A DNA stretch of 64,000 bases from Trichodelitschia bisporula (GCA_010356995.1 ML996687.1:1803-65802); one strand, 5' to 3'. Counted from the first letter of the stretch, positions 1-12,762 are shown. Program-made: numbers and translations. The notes: a model not told the origin generated them from the sequence alone.

Positions 1-1428
1 TTGGACCTTCGCGAGCTCAGCTTTCCTGCCGACGAAGTTTTCGTTTGGTTGAGAGGGAATGAAATAGGTCGCTTTGGGGGCACAATCTTAGACATTTAGT
101 CAGGCTGCAAAGCAACTTAGGTTTGACGCTCACCTTTGGATGAGCCATCCATGGCTAGCCGAGGATCCTCAGGCGGTCGAGGACCAATTTCAGGTGACCG
201 GGCCAAGTCAGTATTCGACGTTGCAACGAATTTAGGGGCTTACGTCATTGGCCTGTACTGCCTTGAGGATCATGTTTAGGACCCTCCCGTAATTGGGATC
301 TTGCCTGCTGGTGTATTTGCAGACACCATGGTGGTCGGCATCCAAGGACATGTGGACTTCTCCGGGACACATAAGCCTACTGGAATCTTTCTTCACAACC
401 CGAACCTTAGTCGGATTTATGCGGTCGAGGTGAGGAAAAATGGGCGTCTCCCGAGTCTCGTAGAAAGATGCAATAAAAAGCTTGTGCATAAAGTGGCGGA
501 AATCTTGGTTGATGGTTTCCAAGGTCTCCGAGTTTCGTTGCAGGCTGTTGACAAACTGCTTCTCTGAGATGAAGAAAGACACTGACATGAGGTTTTTGAG
601 CGATGAGCCCGAGTCAGCACCAGTATGAGGGGTCGACAGAAAAATCATGGACCTGACAGCGGTACCGATTTGGCGGAATCTTGGGTTGTTCTGGGCATTG
701 AGATACGCCCTCTTCACAACCAACCCTCCCATCGAGTGGCGACAAACATGATAGGAACAGTCCCAATTTTGAGGCTTTCGCGCGTTACAGGATCTCGCAT
801 AAGCTCCATCAGGCCTAATAAGTCCATGGCAAAATCCCCAATGTTCAGGACGTTGGATTCGGTCGACGACCAATTCGCGTTGTATCCGTAGGTAAAAATC
901 CTAGCCTTTTCCATACCCGACTCTTTTGGAAGCCATTCACCTGGCCAGAAGAATTCCGGTTCGCGCTCTTTGGCCCAGGTTGCATGGCTTGATCCACCGA
1001 GTCCGTGGACGAATATGATATCCACAGCGGGAGTACCACTTGGCCGCGCGACGAGGGTCAGATCCAGCAAACGTGGTAACGGTTCGGGATCTGCGGCCTC
1101 ACGGCTTACGGTGCCGAGACTCGAAGATGGCGGTGGCAGGCGCTGCTCGCTGGGTTCGGTGGAGGGCTGGCCGACGGAGGGACGGAGTGCAACATGATTA
1201 TCAGCTGCGCCAGACTCGGTCCCGTCACTGGCTTCATCGCGTTTCTTGCCAGGTTTAGGCCTTAGTATGTTCCGAAATTTTCTCTTGAACACAGTTAGTA
1301 AGGACCAAAAGCAATGGTGGAAAGAGCTCAGATGCAGTGAGTACAACTGCACCACAAATGGGAGTGAAAATGGCATACATTGGCCTTAAGGAGCAAGGGC
1401 AGTTGTAGCGAAGGGGAATACGTACCAT
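1..1428 (-). pseudogene. SesB/PGAP1-like alpha/beta-hydrolase N-terminal domain of a probable NB-ARC/NACHT NLR-like gene; frameshifted, runs off the left edge
   Basis: Motifs DIIFVHGLGG, RIFTYGY, (FVA)HSMGGLVVK, IFLSTPH, FYET, DADHHGVCKY. ATG micro-exon 1426-1428, intron 1284-1425. After an intron at ~88-134 reads YFIPSQPNENFVGRKAEL, typical of the start of fungal NB-ARC domains. 1-nt frameshift at ~738 splits ORFs 714..1376 and 232..873. Confidence 0.75.
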
Positions 1429-3355
1429 AATGGTTCAGAGCTGTCAAGACGCTTCGTTGCTCAGTTTCGAGATGCTGGAGAGGCGAAAAGCTGTTGGAAA
1501 ATGAACCAGGTCCGCGAGCGACTCGCCCTCAGCTGTGGGATTACTCAGTGCGGGGGGGCTCGGCACTCCCCGTCCCGTGGGGGGGCTGTGGCAACAGCGT
1601 CAAGATATTCTCGGTCTGTCCAGTAACAGCTGCAGTTGGTACCAGCACGGGGGGGCGCAGCCTGACCACCTACAGCCTATCTCGAGGGACACGCTGTCCC
1701 CCAAACCCAGGGGGAGGACCAGTGGGAACTCGCTGGGCGAGAAGCGGAGGGAGGGTAGTAACATGGCAAGCAAAAATGAGTGTAAACGTGGAGCATCATA
1801 TCGCTCTGAAAACTGAGGTTAGCAGTTGACGGCTTGATGTCAAAACTGAGTAGGATGGGATCGGTATGCAGGGGTCTGACGGGTCGCGCCTGCGCCTGCG
1901 CCTGCGCTTGCGCGAGCCCCACTTTCATCTGCCCCACCACTCCAGACTGGACACCGCCAGCGATCAGCATTGTTAGACGACGTTGAGTAGATCTAAGCAC
2001 CTACGAGCCCGCCCGGTGCTTTCCTTCTTTGAGTCTGGCTGTGCATAGCTTGAATGCCTCGACATTGGGAGGATGGTTCTCGGTCCGCTGGAGTTTAGGA
2101 CCAAATGCTAGAACCTGCAACTGTTGATGGCGGCCTGAGTGGGCAAAAGCATTGATGGAGGGTAGGTGATGTAGGCAACGCTCAGTCATAGGCAAAGCGC
2201 AAGTAAGCTTTTCAAAAGGTTGGAAAAGGACAAAGAAGACAGCAGCGTCGCGGGGCCCTCAGCAGTATGCAAACAGTAGTCCCATATCGCCTTCCACTGT
2301 CCTGGTCAATACCTGCCCCTAGGCCTAGTGTTGACCGTCACACCCTGCCCAACTCACAGATGGGTCCCTTCCAGAATACAAACGATGCCTTCCATACTCA
2401 TGAGTGCCTTGACAGTACTTGTTTGGTGCCTTTGTGCCTTACGTCCCGTCTTTACATCAGCCAGTCTACCACGAAATAGTCGCGATTCTACAGCATATTG
2501 GGTTCTCGTCCTACCTATCCACTCGTACAAAGGTACTGGGAGATTTCCTCCTGCTCCTTCAGCCGTTCAGCGCGAAGCTCATCACTATCAACTGCTTTTG
2601 GGGTCGGGCGCGATTGGGTCAGGCACGCTTGCCTCTCTTTCGAGGACATGAGATATTTGATGATCGTGTCTTGTTGAATTTGTGGCGGCAACCTGGGATG
2701 GCTGGAGTGGAACCAGGAGACAAGGGTCGTCTCCTGGCGAGGTATATAGCCAGCTCACTTCCCACTGCTAGTCAATCAAGCAACTCAGTCATGCTCACAC
2801 TTCATTTTAACATGTATAAGGCCACCATGGACCACTTGGAGGCAGAATTAGACATGTCCTATGCCATTTTTTCGAGGTGTGATTATTCGAGTTGAGGTTA
2901 ATGGATTGTGATGAATGACTGCAAACTTTGACTGGGGCGTAGCATTTATATACCTGTGGTCGCAGGGACAGTTAGTTCAAGAGTCTCAAAGCGGACAGAG
3001 TGCACTCCAGAAGCCACATGCGTTGCGTTCGTCAGCATGGTGCGTAGTACTACGGTACTGTGCTGCCACCCAGATCACATCATAGCCTGAGCATCACACT
3101 GTGTATGGCCAGAACCATGACACTTACGGCGTGCACTCGCTCGTGATATCACCAAGCTGCGTGGTACACTACGTTTAAATTAATATGGTAGTAGTAGACT
3201 ATAGCTCCCATACGCTCGCATCGCGAGCCTCATATACGAGAAGTTGGCACGCAATAAATCCGGCATCCGGCTCCCTTGGCAGTAAGACTACCAGTCAACG
3301 CAAGCAATACAAGAACCACAAAGAAACACCGCGTTCATAACTTTATCGTGCACCG

Positions 3356-4497
3356 TTATAATCTCCGCGTACCCTCGCTCGCCCGCGGCTCGGGCCCCAG
3401 GACGCGAGCCGAAATGCTCGGCGTGTGCACCAGGCCAAACGACTTGGTTGACGACGTGGACGCGGCGCGCGAATCGCGGTCCAGTTCGTAGGCCGTAATT
3501 TCGCCGACAGCGAGATTGTCGTGCAGCTGCGAGAGGAAGCGGTTGGCGCGGGGGACAGTGGTGAGGATGACTGATAGGTGGATAACGGCTCTGCGGCGTG
3601 AGTACAGTCTGCGCGAGGACGGACGACGTACTGGTCAAATAGGACGTGCTGCACAGAGTCCCACGGCTTGTCGGTCGAGTTTATCGCCAGCGACAAGCTC
3701 ACAAGTTGGCCAATGGCCAAACACGGTATGCTGTACGGTCAGCGCAGCACCACCAGAGAAGACATCACGTACGCGAGACGCAGCGCAAAGAGCGACACGG
3801 CCGTCAGCTTGCGGCCGCGCTCCATCCTGAGGTCCCAGATGGTGGGCACAATGCACAAGCCAATGGCGATGTCGACGAGCATGTTGGCGACGACAATGAC
3901 AAACTGGAGGTAGCCGCGCGTCGGGCAGTTGGTGTTTTGAAAGGTCCACGGCTCCGGGGCGTTGCACTGAAAGGCCGTCACAAAAAGCGAAAACACGGCC
4001 CACGCGCCGCACGCCACGAGCAGCGGGCGCGCGAGCGGGAGTATGACGACGATGCGCTTGGAGAGCAGAATGGCCGAGACGTTGCTGCACGCAATGGCTG
4101 CGAGGCCGACGAGCTGCGCGGCATACACAAACTGCCCATCAGCGCACGTCTGATAGAGACGTCTCACCCACCTTGGAGTAGTCGCTCAAACTCTCCAGGT
4201 CCGCGGCGTGTCGACCGAGACCGGCATTGACGGCCAGGTTGTACAACACCGAGCTCACAACGGCAAGCACCTGAACGTCAGCGTTGCACAGTACCTCAAC
4301 CCCAGAAAACTCACGACGGACCCCGCAGAAGTCGCATCGTCCCACTTTGCCTTGAGTCGGTGGTTCAGAGCTATTGTCAAGCGGGCTGCTGCGGAGATTG
4401 CCGACAGACTGGCCCAGGCGTAGGCCGAGATGATGATGACTCCTCCGCGATTCCTCCCATCCTGTATCCCATACAACGGCGGAAGCTCCCCGGACAT
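3356..4497 (-). CDS. PTH11-like (rhodopsin-domain) integral membrane protein, 4 introns
   Basis: Spliced reading gives hydrophobic helices with WDD, GLGRH, AFQC..P.PW, VDIAIGLCIVPTIWDLRM..RK..V..LFALR and AVIHLSVILTTVP; stop TAA 3356-3358. Confidence 0.8.
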
Positions 4498-4946
4498 GCG
4501 ATCGTTAAAGCAGTGGCATGAAGGGAGGAGGAGCGCGACTGTGCGAGCAGCAACGGAGGGCGGACCCCTTATGGCTCATGCACTAGCGCTGCTCGACCCG
4601 CTCCGTCGGATGCCTCCCAGGAACCGGGGGCCGCCTCGGGCCAAGGCGCGGGCGCGGGAGGAAAGGCGGGAGGTGGGGGTAGCGTGGGGGGCTGCCGGCC
4701 AGTTAGGGACCCCGCGCCAGGGCGCCACGGGGCTGACGCCGAGGGCGGCGCGATTGGCCTGTAAAAGCCGGACAGGTCAACTGTTGCCAGGCTATGCCGC
4801 TTCAAGATTGCGCCTTGCTTCGACTCGCTTGCGCCGTGCAGCGCGGACGGCAAACGCGAGGGGGCAAGACGCTCGCGACGCTGGGTTCATAACTAACCGA
4901 TCCTTCCCCTCGGGATTTTGCACACATCACTGATCACGGCCTCACC

Positions 4947-6560
4947 ATGACCGACTCTGAGCTGGGAATCGCAACCAAGCCCGAGGCTGACCTCGGCGTC
5001 ATGGAGACCGAGAGGGAGCTGTCCGACAAGAGCCCCAAAAATAGTCAGGTGCTAGAACGGTACATCAACCTCTCGTCGACCGTCAACTTCTCCTACATTC
5101 TGCTCTGCTCGTGGGAGGCCTTTGCCGTCACCTTTCAGTTTGCGCTGTACAATGGCGGGCCGTCGTCCATGGTCTATGGCTGCATTCTCGTCATGTTTGG
5201 AGCGACCGCCGTGGCCGCGTCGCTGTCCGAGCTGGCGTCCATGTATGTTGTCCCCAAATCCTCGAGCAAAAGCTGACGGCCAGTGACCCCACCGTCGGCG
5301 CGCAGTACCGCTGGTCTGCCAACCTGAGCCCGTGGGCACCAAAGTTTTTTGGCCTGCTCCAGGGCTGGATCACCATCTTTGCGTGGATCATCAACTGCGC
5401 CGGCCCGCCGAGCATCATCTCCAACATCATCTCGGCGCTCGCCACCTTCAACTACCCGTCGTACGAGCCCAAGAGCTGGCACATTATGCTCATGATGTGG
5501 CCGCTCATCATCATTCCGTTCGTCATGAACCTGTGGTTCCGCCAGATTCTAAACACGTTCGAGACGATTGGCGGCGTGCTCCATTTCGTCTTCTTCTTGG
5601 TGTCCATGATCACCTTGCTCGTGCTCGGCAAAGGCAGCACGAACGAGTTTGTGTGGAACAACCTCGTGAGCGACCAGAGCGGGTGGAACAGCCCCGGCGT
5701 GTCGTGGGGCCTCGGGTTGCTCACCGTCAGCTTCTCGGTGCTGGGCTTTGACGCGGTGCTGCATATGAGCGACGAGGTCAAAAAGGTCGAGACGCGCGTG
5801 CCGCGCAGCATCATGATTGCGTGCATCACCAACGCCGTCATGCTCTTTGCCTTTGTCCTGACGCTCCTCTATCGCCTGGGCGATCTCGAGCAGGTCATGT
5901 CGTCGCCGCTGCCGCTGATTCCAGTGTTCTACCAGGCGACCGGGTCCAAGGCGGCGACCAACTTTTTCGTCGTCATGCCCGCGCTCATCCTCTTTGTCGT
6001 GCAGTTCAACGCGCTCGCGTCCGTCTCGCGACTCGTGTGGGCGTTTGCGCGCGACAAGGGGCTGCCATTCTCAAACTTCTTTGCCTACGTATGTTTTTCA
6101 CCGCAAAAAAAAGCCTCTGCTGATCCCCCAGGTCCACCCCAAGTTCAAGCTCCCCATCAACGCACTCGGGCTCGTGGCCGTCATCAGCTTCCTCATCTCC
6201 ATTCTATACGTCATCTCGACAACCGCCTTCAACGCCATCATTTCACTGCAGGCCATGGGTCTCTGCGTCTCCTATGTACCGCCCATCGTCTTCATCCTCG
6301 TCCGCAAGCTGCGCGGAGACCGCCCAGCGTACGGGCCGTTCAAAATGGGCCGGTACGGTGTCGCAGTCAACATTATTGCAATCGTCTACCTCATCTTCAT
6401 CATCATCTGGCTGCCGTTCCCGCAGTTCCTGCCCGTGACCGGCAGCAACTTCAACTATGCCGGCCCGCTGCTGGGGGTCGTGATTTTGGGGGCAATTGCA
6501 GACTGGTTTATCAGCGGGCGGAAGAGGTTTCAGGTGCCAGTGGTGCGCAAAATGCTCTAG
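4947..6560 (+). CDS. APC-superfamily amino acid/GABA/choline permease (ACT family)
   Basis: SWEA..NGGP, SLSELAS(I)DPTVGAQYRW, GFDAVLHMSDEVK, SRLVWAFARDKGLPF, AFNAIISL, FNYAG; introns 5243-5283 and 6089-6131. Confidence 0.92.
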
Positions 6561-6762
6561 GTGTATGTAGACGCTTGATAAGCTCCGAATTAAGAACCCT
6601 GCCCCAGTCAGTGGCTTGCAGTAGTCTCCCGTGTTCCCCGCCGACCCCGGTCCGTCAGTACCCCTCCAGTCTCCGCGGGCTCCCCCCAGCCTTTGGCCAT
6701 CTCAGCGTCGCGCAGGATGCCCTCAGGGAGTACAATCCTTCGTTGCAGAGCATTATCCCAAT

Positions 6763-8291
6763 ATGCTTGATTCGACTCCCATGGCCAAAATGTACCTGAT
6801 TTGTGCTATCGTGACATCTTTCGTCTTGCGCTTCATCCATCGCATATATTTTTCCCCTCTTGCGCGCATCCCCCGCGCTCACCCCACATCGCTGATCTCT
6901 GCCACATGGGTGTGGTGGCGGCGTCGCAACGGTCGCGAGTCCCGCTCCATTCTCGCCGCTCACCAGAGGCACGGGCCGGTCGTGCTCCTCGCGCCCAACG
7001 AAGTGTCCTTTGCGACGCTGAGCGCACTGCGGACGATCTACGTGGGCGGTTTCGCGCGCACGAGCTGGTTCGACGAGTTCAAAAACTACGAGACGCCCAA
7101 CCTCGTCACCACGTACGATGGCCGGCAGCACGCGGCGCGGCGGCGAGTGGTCGCGGGGATATTCTCCAAGTCCCATTTGCTCAGAGCGCCCGACGTGCGG
7201 GACATGATGCAAGAGCTGCTCTTCCGCCGGCTGCTCCCCGCACTCGAGGGCGAGGTCGACGTGTACGAGCTGGCGCTCGCTGCTGGGGCCGAGTTTGTCA
7301 ACGCCCACCAGCTGGGGACGGCCCACAGCATGGACATTATGCGCAAGGAGCGGACGGCGGCACGACAGGAGTACCTCCACTTGGGCAACGTCAAGCTTCG
7401 TCATCTGCCAGGCTGGCAGCCGGCGCAGCACGCGCTGGAGCAGCAACTCCTCGACTTGTGCCGCCCGGTGGAAGCCTTTTTGCGCAGCGGAAAGGAAGGC
7501 AGGGGCACGTTTCCCGTCGTGTACGCGCAGCTGCGCAACGCGTTCGCCCCAAATGATTCGCAAGTCGGCTCGCTGCCGGAAAAGATCCTAGACATTGCGA
7601 CGGACCTGCTGGACAACGTTGAAGCCGGACGCGTGGGCCTCGGGATAGCGCTCGCCTACACCATGTATGAGCTCTCGCGCCATCCCGCGACGCAGGCCGC
7701 GCTGCAGCAGGAGCTGATTGCCCTCGGCGAGGAACTCTCCATAGACTCCGGCACCGGCTTTTCGCCGACGACGCTCCGCATTATTTCTGACCTCCCGCTG
7801 CTTGATGCCGTCGTCATGGAGACTTTGCGCAGGTACGCACCCGCGCCTGGTCCACAGCGCCGCGCTGTTCCGGCTGGAGGCGCCGAAATCGACGGGTACT
7901 GGCTGCCCGGCGGTGTCGTTGTCCACGCGGCGCCCTACGTGCTGCACCGGACGGCCAGCGTCTTCAATGACCCAGAGAGCTGGCTTCCGGAGCGGTGGCT
8001 GAATGGAAAAGGCGATGAGCGGCGGTGGTTTTGGCCGTTTGGGAGCGGCGGCAAAATGTGTCTTGGGAACCATTTCGCCGAACTCGGTACGTGTCTCTAA
8101 AGGATGCTGAAATTCAGCTGACACAGGCAGTGATGAAAGTCGTGCTGGCAGGCGTGTATGCCAACTTTCAGACTGCCGTCTCCAAGGCGCAGGACCCAGC
8201 GCTAATGCGCCCACAAGATGACATGATGGGATATCCAGAGGGAGAAGCATGCTTGCTGGTGTTTCAGAAGCTGAGGGCCTGCGATGAATGA
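6763..8291 (+). CDS. Cytochrome P450 monooxygenase
   Basis: N-terminal membrane anchor, HGPVVLLAPNEVS, ETLR (ExxR), WLPERW, heme motif FGSGGKMCLG; one intron from ~8087. Confidence 0.93.
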
Positions 8292-8965
8292 TTTGGCACT
8301 TGATGACGGCGTTTGGATTCGTGTATCTCCAGTCCTTCATAAGTTGCATATTCGCCGGCCGGCAATACTCGAGTCTCGGCTCGATGAGTTTTGCCGTGTC
8401 CGGGTGGTCTTCTGTGTCGCCGCATCCCAAGAGGCGTGTCAGCATTGTGGACAGGCAGCGTAACAAAGTCAGGCTGTTCATGATTCCTAGCTCGCCTTTT
8501 AAGTCCAAAGCCCGAGCCATGGCTCACATGTGCGTCGCTGTAAAGCTTCAAGGGCGGAACGTCGGCACAGAGGTCGTGTATTCGACACGATCCGGCTGGA
8601 TGTTCTGCGAGCATGCGAAGCATCAGCATTCGGTACGAATTTTCTAATCGTGGCGTCAAGGTGTAGTGCGAAATCTCTTTCTCCGAGAGTTTTGATGCGA
8701 TTCGATGTAAGATGGATGTCGTGGATGATCGGTTGAATCTGATCCATCGACGATGAAAGGGTCCTCCATGTGTCGTCAGTGCATTCGTAAAAGCGCGCGA
8801 CTGGGCGCTTCTGCCGTTTTTCAGCAAGAAAGCCATTGACCTTCTACCATCCCGGCCTCCGCTCCCGCCCAAGATCATTGATTTAAAGCTGATGTGTAGC
8901 AGATAACGGGGCGCAAACTCTCCAGCATAATCTTCACCGCCTCCCCCTCCCGCCGCTCTTCCCAC

Positions 8966-9322
8966 ATATGGTGCGGCAGGACGACGACGAGGCAGTTCGC
9001 GACGCAGCTGGGTAAGCTGGGCGCGAACGCAGTCATCGCGCGGGACGGGCTCAGCACGGAGGAGATACTCGAACATATTGAGCGGATCACGAGAGGAAGG
9101 ATCACCCACGCGCTGAAGCTTGTCGGCCCTGGCACGGCTTCTGTTGTGTTGAGGGCGCGCGCGAGTAACATCCAGTGGAAGACACTGGTCGGGTGGAAGG
9201 TGGCCTTCGCGCCGCTGGCGATGATGGGCAAAGACGTCGTCCCACCCGAAGTCGAGGTCGCCGTCGTGGAGATGAAGCGCTTCGTGCTGGACCCCACTAG
9301 CGACTTGTACGGAGTATTATAG
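8966..9322 (+). pseudogene. Fragment of an MDR-family (enoyl-reductase-like) oxidoreductase
   Basis: Hand translation, not in ORF track: IWCGRTTTRQFATQLGKLGANAVIARDG..ITRGRITHALKLVGPGTA..FAPLA..VEMKRFVLD. Resembles a decayed IWGGSxxxGQFAxQL NADPH-binding segment plus C-terminal half; no start codon or N-terminal half. Confidence 0.55.
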
Positions 9323-9359
9323 GCGCATGTAAGTTTAGCATAATGGGAAAATTCAGTGT

Positions 9360-10727
9360 TTAGATCAACTCAACACCGACCCGAGCCCCTGGGTAATTAT
9401 CCAAAATGTGCTCCGTAACGCCAAAGAACTCGTTCACCCCGTACAGCGCGACCTTCTCCGCGTTGCTCCCCTCATTGTTGCACGTCCAGAGGCCGGCGCA
9501 CACGCCCACGCCCACGCCCACGCCCACGTACGCGTTGCCCGCGCCTTCTCCTTCCGCCTCTTTTATAAGAAGCAAACAGAAAACATAGTCGCGCGCGTTG
9601 TCCCCAAAGCTGCCTTTGCTCGCCCTACGGTTGACCCACAGAGGACACAGCCATGCCGGGCCGACCACACCATCCTCATCGTGCGCAACTTCGAGTTCGA
9701 TTTCAAAATCCGGGGCGCCGGGCCGCGGGGCGGCGACGCGCCAGGTCAGCTGTTCGTGCCCGGCGCGAGGTCCACGGGGAAGAGGTACGCGTCCAGACTC
9801 ACCACACCGAGGCCTTGCCTCGCGGCGAAACGCCTCCAAATCCGGCGTGCGGATAGCAGTAACGGCGCACAGCGGGCGAACGAGCTCAACGAGCAGGCTC
9901 TCGGAATAACACCAGGCAAAGTCCAGCTTTTCGTTTACGCCCGCCCAGGACCAGCTCGGGACTTGGCTCTCCGCGAACTCCAGCCTCCGCGCTCCGGCGG
10001 GATGCACAACGCGCCAGAGCATGTCCGTGAGGATGGTGTGCTCTCACAGCCCGGCGACGTACCTACTCTTTCTCTCGACCGCCATCTCCGTAGCCAGCCC
10101 CAGCACCGCCCACTGCCGGCCAGAAAATCGCGTCAGCGCCAGCTCAGTGTACGCGCTCAGTAAGGTCGTCCGGTTGCGGCTCCACGCGCGTGCCTTCTCC
10201 AGTACTTCCGCCGAGCCCGTGCTGGGACATATGGTGTTGACGGGCCGCGGGACGGGGTCAGCGGGAAAGACGGGCGACGGCGCGCCCGCGGCAGACGGAG
10301 GGCCGGGGAAGAACCAGATGCGGTGGTACCGCGGCGCACGACCGCGGATGGCCTCGACAAAGCTGTCGCTGTTGCCGGGCGGCTACACGATGATGTACTG
10401 GAAGTGGTGCTGGCGCGCGGCGTAGTCGCCATCGAAGCCGAGACAGACTTGACCTGCCGAGAAACCAGGAAAGAAGTGCGTTACCACGTCCTTTAGCAGC
10501 TTGCAAAATAAGCAGCCCATTTGCGCGTGCGCCGATATGTGCGCCATCTCGTACTGGTGCCAGGAGGGGTGCTTGATCGCGTAGTCGGCCGGCGTGCGCG
10601 CACGGTACTGCGAGACTGTGTGGATGGAGCATTGTGAGCCGAGCTTGTGCTTTTCCCTTTCAATGAGCTCTGCGAGATAGGGGTCTGCATATCCTCTGAT
10701 GCCAAGGCTCGGACGTGTGCAGGCCAT
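9360..10727 (-). pseudogene. HET-domain gene relic with two in-frame stops and an internal deletion
   Basis: One reading frame 10727->9360 with TAG 10383-10385 and TGA 10044-10046. Pre-HET motifs GCLFCKLL and STGSAEVLEKARAW; post-HET motifs AYTELALTR, YVAGL*, MLW, PSWSWA. Confidence 0.75.
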
Positions 10728-11814
10728 TTGAAGTATGTTGGAGGTTGGTGAGCATCTTGAGAGGCGCCATGTTGTTGGAGCCCCTCATCACGTGGTAAGT
10801 CTACCGGAGGTTCTGCAGGATTAGCGGAAAGGTAAATTCTCTTGAAGCTCTTCTGCATACAATATTCTTTGTGATAGCTGTGATAATGGTGGGGATGAGG
10901 TCGACTGCTTCACTGTACGAAACAGGTTGGACCCTTGATGTCGTCACTTTGCCGCCTGGCTCACATGAAAGCGTCATGTGACTTTCTTCATCATTAACTT
11001 CGAGCGGACGGTGTACGTGCTGTGCCAATAATGCACACTCAGCTTGCCATCATGGCGGTAGGCTTTTCCCGAGACTACCTGGAGTGGGTACGGTCTGGGA
11101 GACAGACGGCGGCGGCGGATGTGGATGTTTTGGGGACCAAGAGCCCAATGCAAATTCCCCGGCCCAACCGACGATCGCGTGAAACAATCGGCAAATCCGC
11201 ATCCCCACCCCACGTTGGAAGGAGCAGTCTACTCTTAGGAAAGGACCAAGGTAATGGGCGTGACGTGATGACTGAAGTAAGGAAGGAGCATGGAGGTCAC
11301 CCGCCGCGTTCTAAGAGCTTCTAGATTCTCTCCCTTCCGTGTCTTTTATCCACACTTCACTTTACACAGCTTCAATGTACGTGTGAAGGGCTCTCAAGCA
11401 TCATGTTTATAAAAGAGCGAAGCCTTCAGGTGTGGGACTAGGGCAGAGGACCCGCGAAGAGGGAAGCAGTTTGCCTTCATTCTTGTCCTGACTAACATGT
11501 CCGCCAGACGCTGGACATAGAACAGACGTACGGTATACAACCTTTAACTGTCGACCGCCATGTCAACGCTCTTCGTTAGCACATTACGTACTGGGCCACT
11601 TCCCTCATCTGGCCTCATGAATTCCCATTATATGCAAAGACACGCCGGTCTCCGCTCCTCACTCCAGAGCAAGGGAGCGGGGGTCGCAAATGTCAAGCAC
11701 ACAAAGGAGAGCTTAGAGCCTTACAGCTCGAGGCCGTTGAGACTCGGTATGTGCTTAGTGTTCATCTCCCAAGAAGTCCAACTGACGGGACGTAAAGCAA
11801 CGGGCCGACAATAG

Positions 11815-12001
11815 GCCGCAGCCATCGACATGACTTCCCTGTTTGGCCTTCGGGCGACGATGGCTTGGCCTCCGGTGCCACAGCCATCGACGTGACTTCC
11901 TGTTTTAGCCTCTGGAAGACGATAGCTTGGCCTCCGGTGCCGCGGCCATTGATGCGACTTCTTCTTTTAGCCTCCGGACAACGACGATGGCTTGGCCAGG
12001 T
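11815..12001 (+). repeat. Three degenerate tandem copies of a 62-bp unit
   Basis: Units start at 11815, 11877, 11939; core GCCRCAGCCATCGAC.TGACTTC...GACGATGGCTTGGCCTCCGGT. Confidence 0.9.
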
Positions 12002-12160
12002 GGACGGCCTAAATATGACTCCCAGCTTCGAGAATATCTTCTCCTGTATACATCATCCAAAGCCAAACTGCACCATTTCCAAAAACTCCTCAAACTCCAT
12101 GCACCGTACATCATCTTCCACACCAATCTACCACTTCAAAAGCCTCCACACGCTCCCAAG

Positions 12161-12762
12161 ATGTCCTCCCTTGTCGTGATCCCCCGCTCAGAGCGCGCCG
12201 AGGAAGCCCCTAGGAGGTAAGTACTAAACATGCCTTCACACTGTGCATACTTTATAATGATGCAAACATTGCTAACATTCTCAGCGACCCCGCTACTCCA
12301 GCCCTCAATGCCGGGGATCAGGCCCCCGAAGGTAAGATTGAAAACATCAGAACATCTTTGTTCTAACTTTCGTACTATCAGTCGACAACTCCGATGCTGC
12401 TTCTGCTGCAGCTGTCACTGCTGAACCTCCGGCTCAAGCTCCTACCGCGGGTGGGACGACTGCTCCAGCTGCTAAGGAGGTCAAGAACAGGCGTCGGTGT
12501 CCGGCCAAGGGTTGTTCGTTTGTTGGCAAGACAATCCGCGAGCGAAAGCGACGCGTGAGCAACATCCACCGCCTCCGCTACTGGTGTCCGGTTCTGGGTT
12601 GCGTCTACCATGCGTTTCACACTCCGGTGAGCACCCTTCACGCGCCTTGACTCCGCCAAGCGCCACATCAAGAACAAGCACCGGAATGTCGAGAATCCGG
12701 GCGAACCAATCCCCGGGATGCATCCCAATGGTGTGAGCGATTCCGAAGAGTCCGATGAGTGA
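12161..12762 (+). pseudogene. Spliced gene with two C2H2-like zinc fingers, degenerate
   Basis: ATG 12161; introns 12217-12284 and 12332-12381 (GTAAG..CTAAC..CAG) preserve frame. CPAKGC..KRRVSNIH, then YWCPVLGC; a shifted frame gives PFTRLDSAKRHIKNKH..stop 12760-12762. Confidence 0.7.

Noticed and set aside
2419..2895. 158-aa ORF
   Set aside because: Non-ATG start and no recognisable domain; could be a relic but cannot be supported.
8264..9297. Minus-strand ORFs of 281 and 140 aa
   Set aside because: No recognisable motifs; overlap the plus-strand oxidoreductase relic.
9495..9530. (CACGCC)n and (GCGCCT)n (~1886-1910) microsatellites
   Set aside because: Ordinary short slippage repeats.
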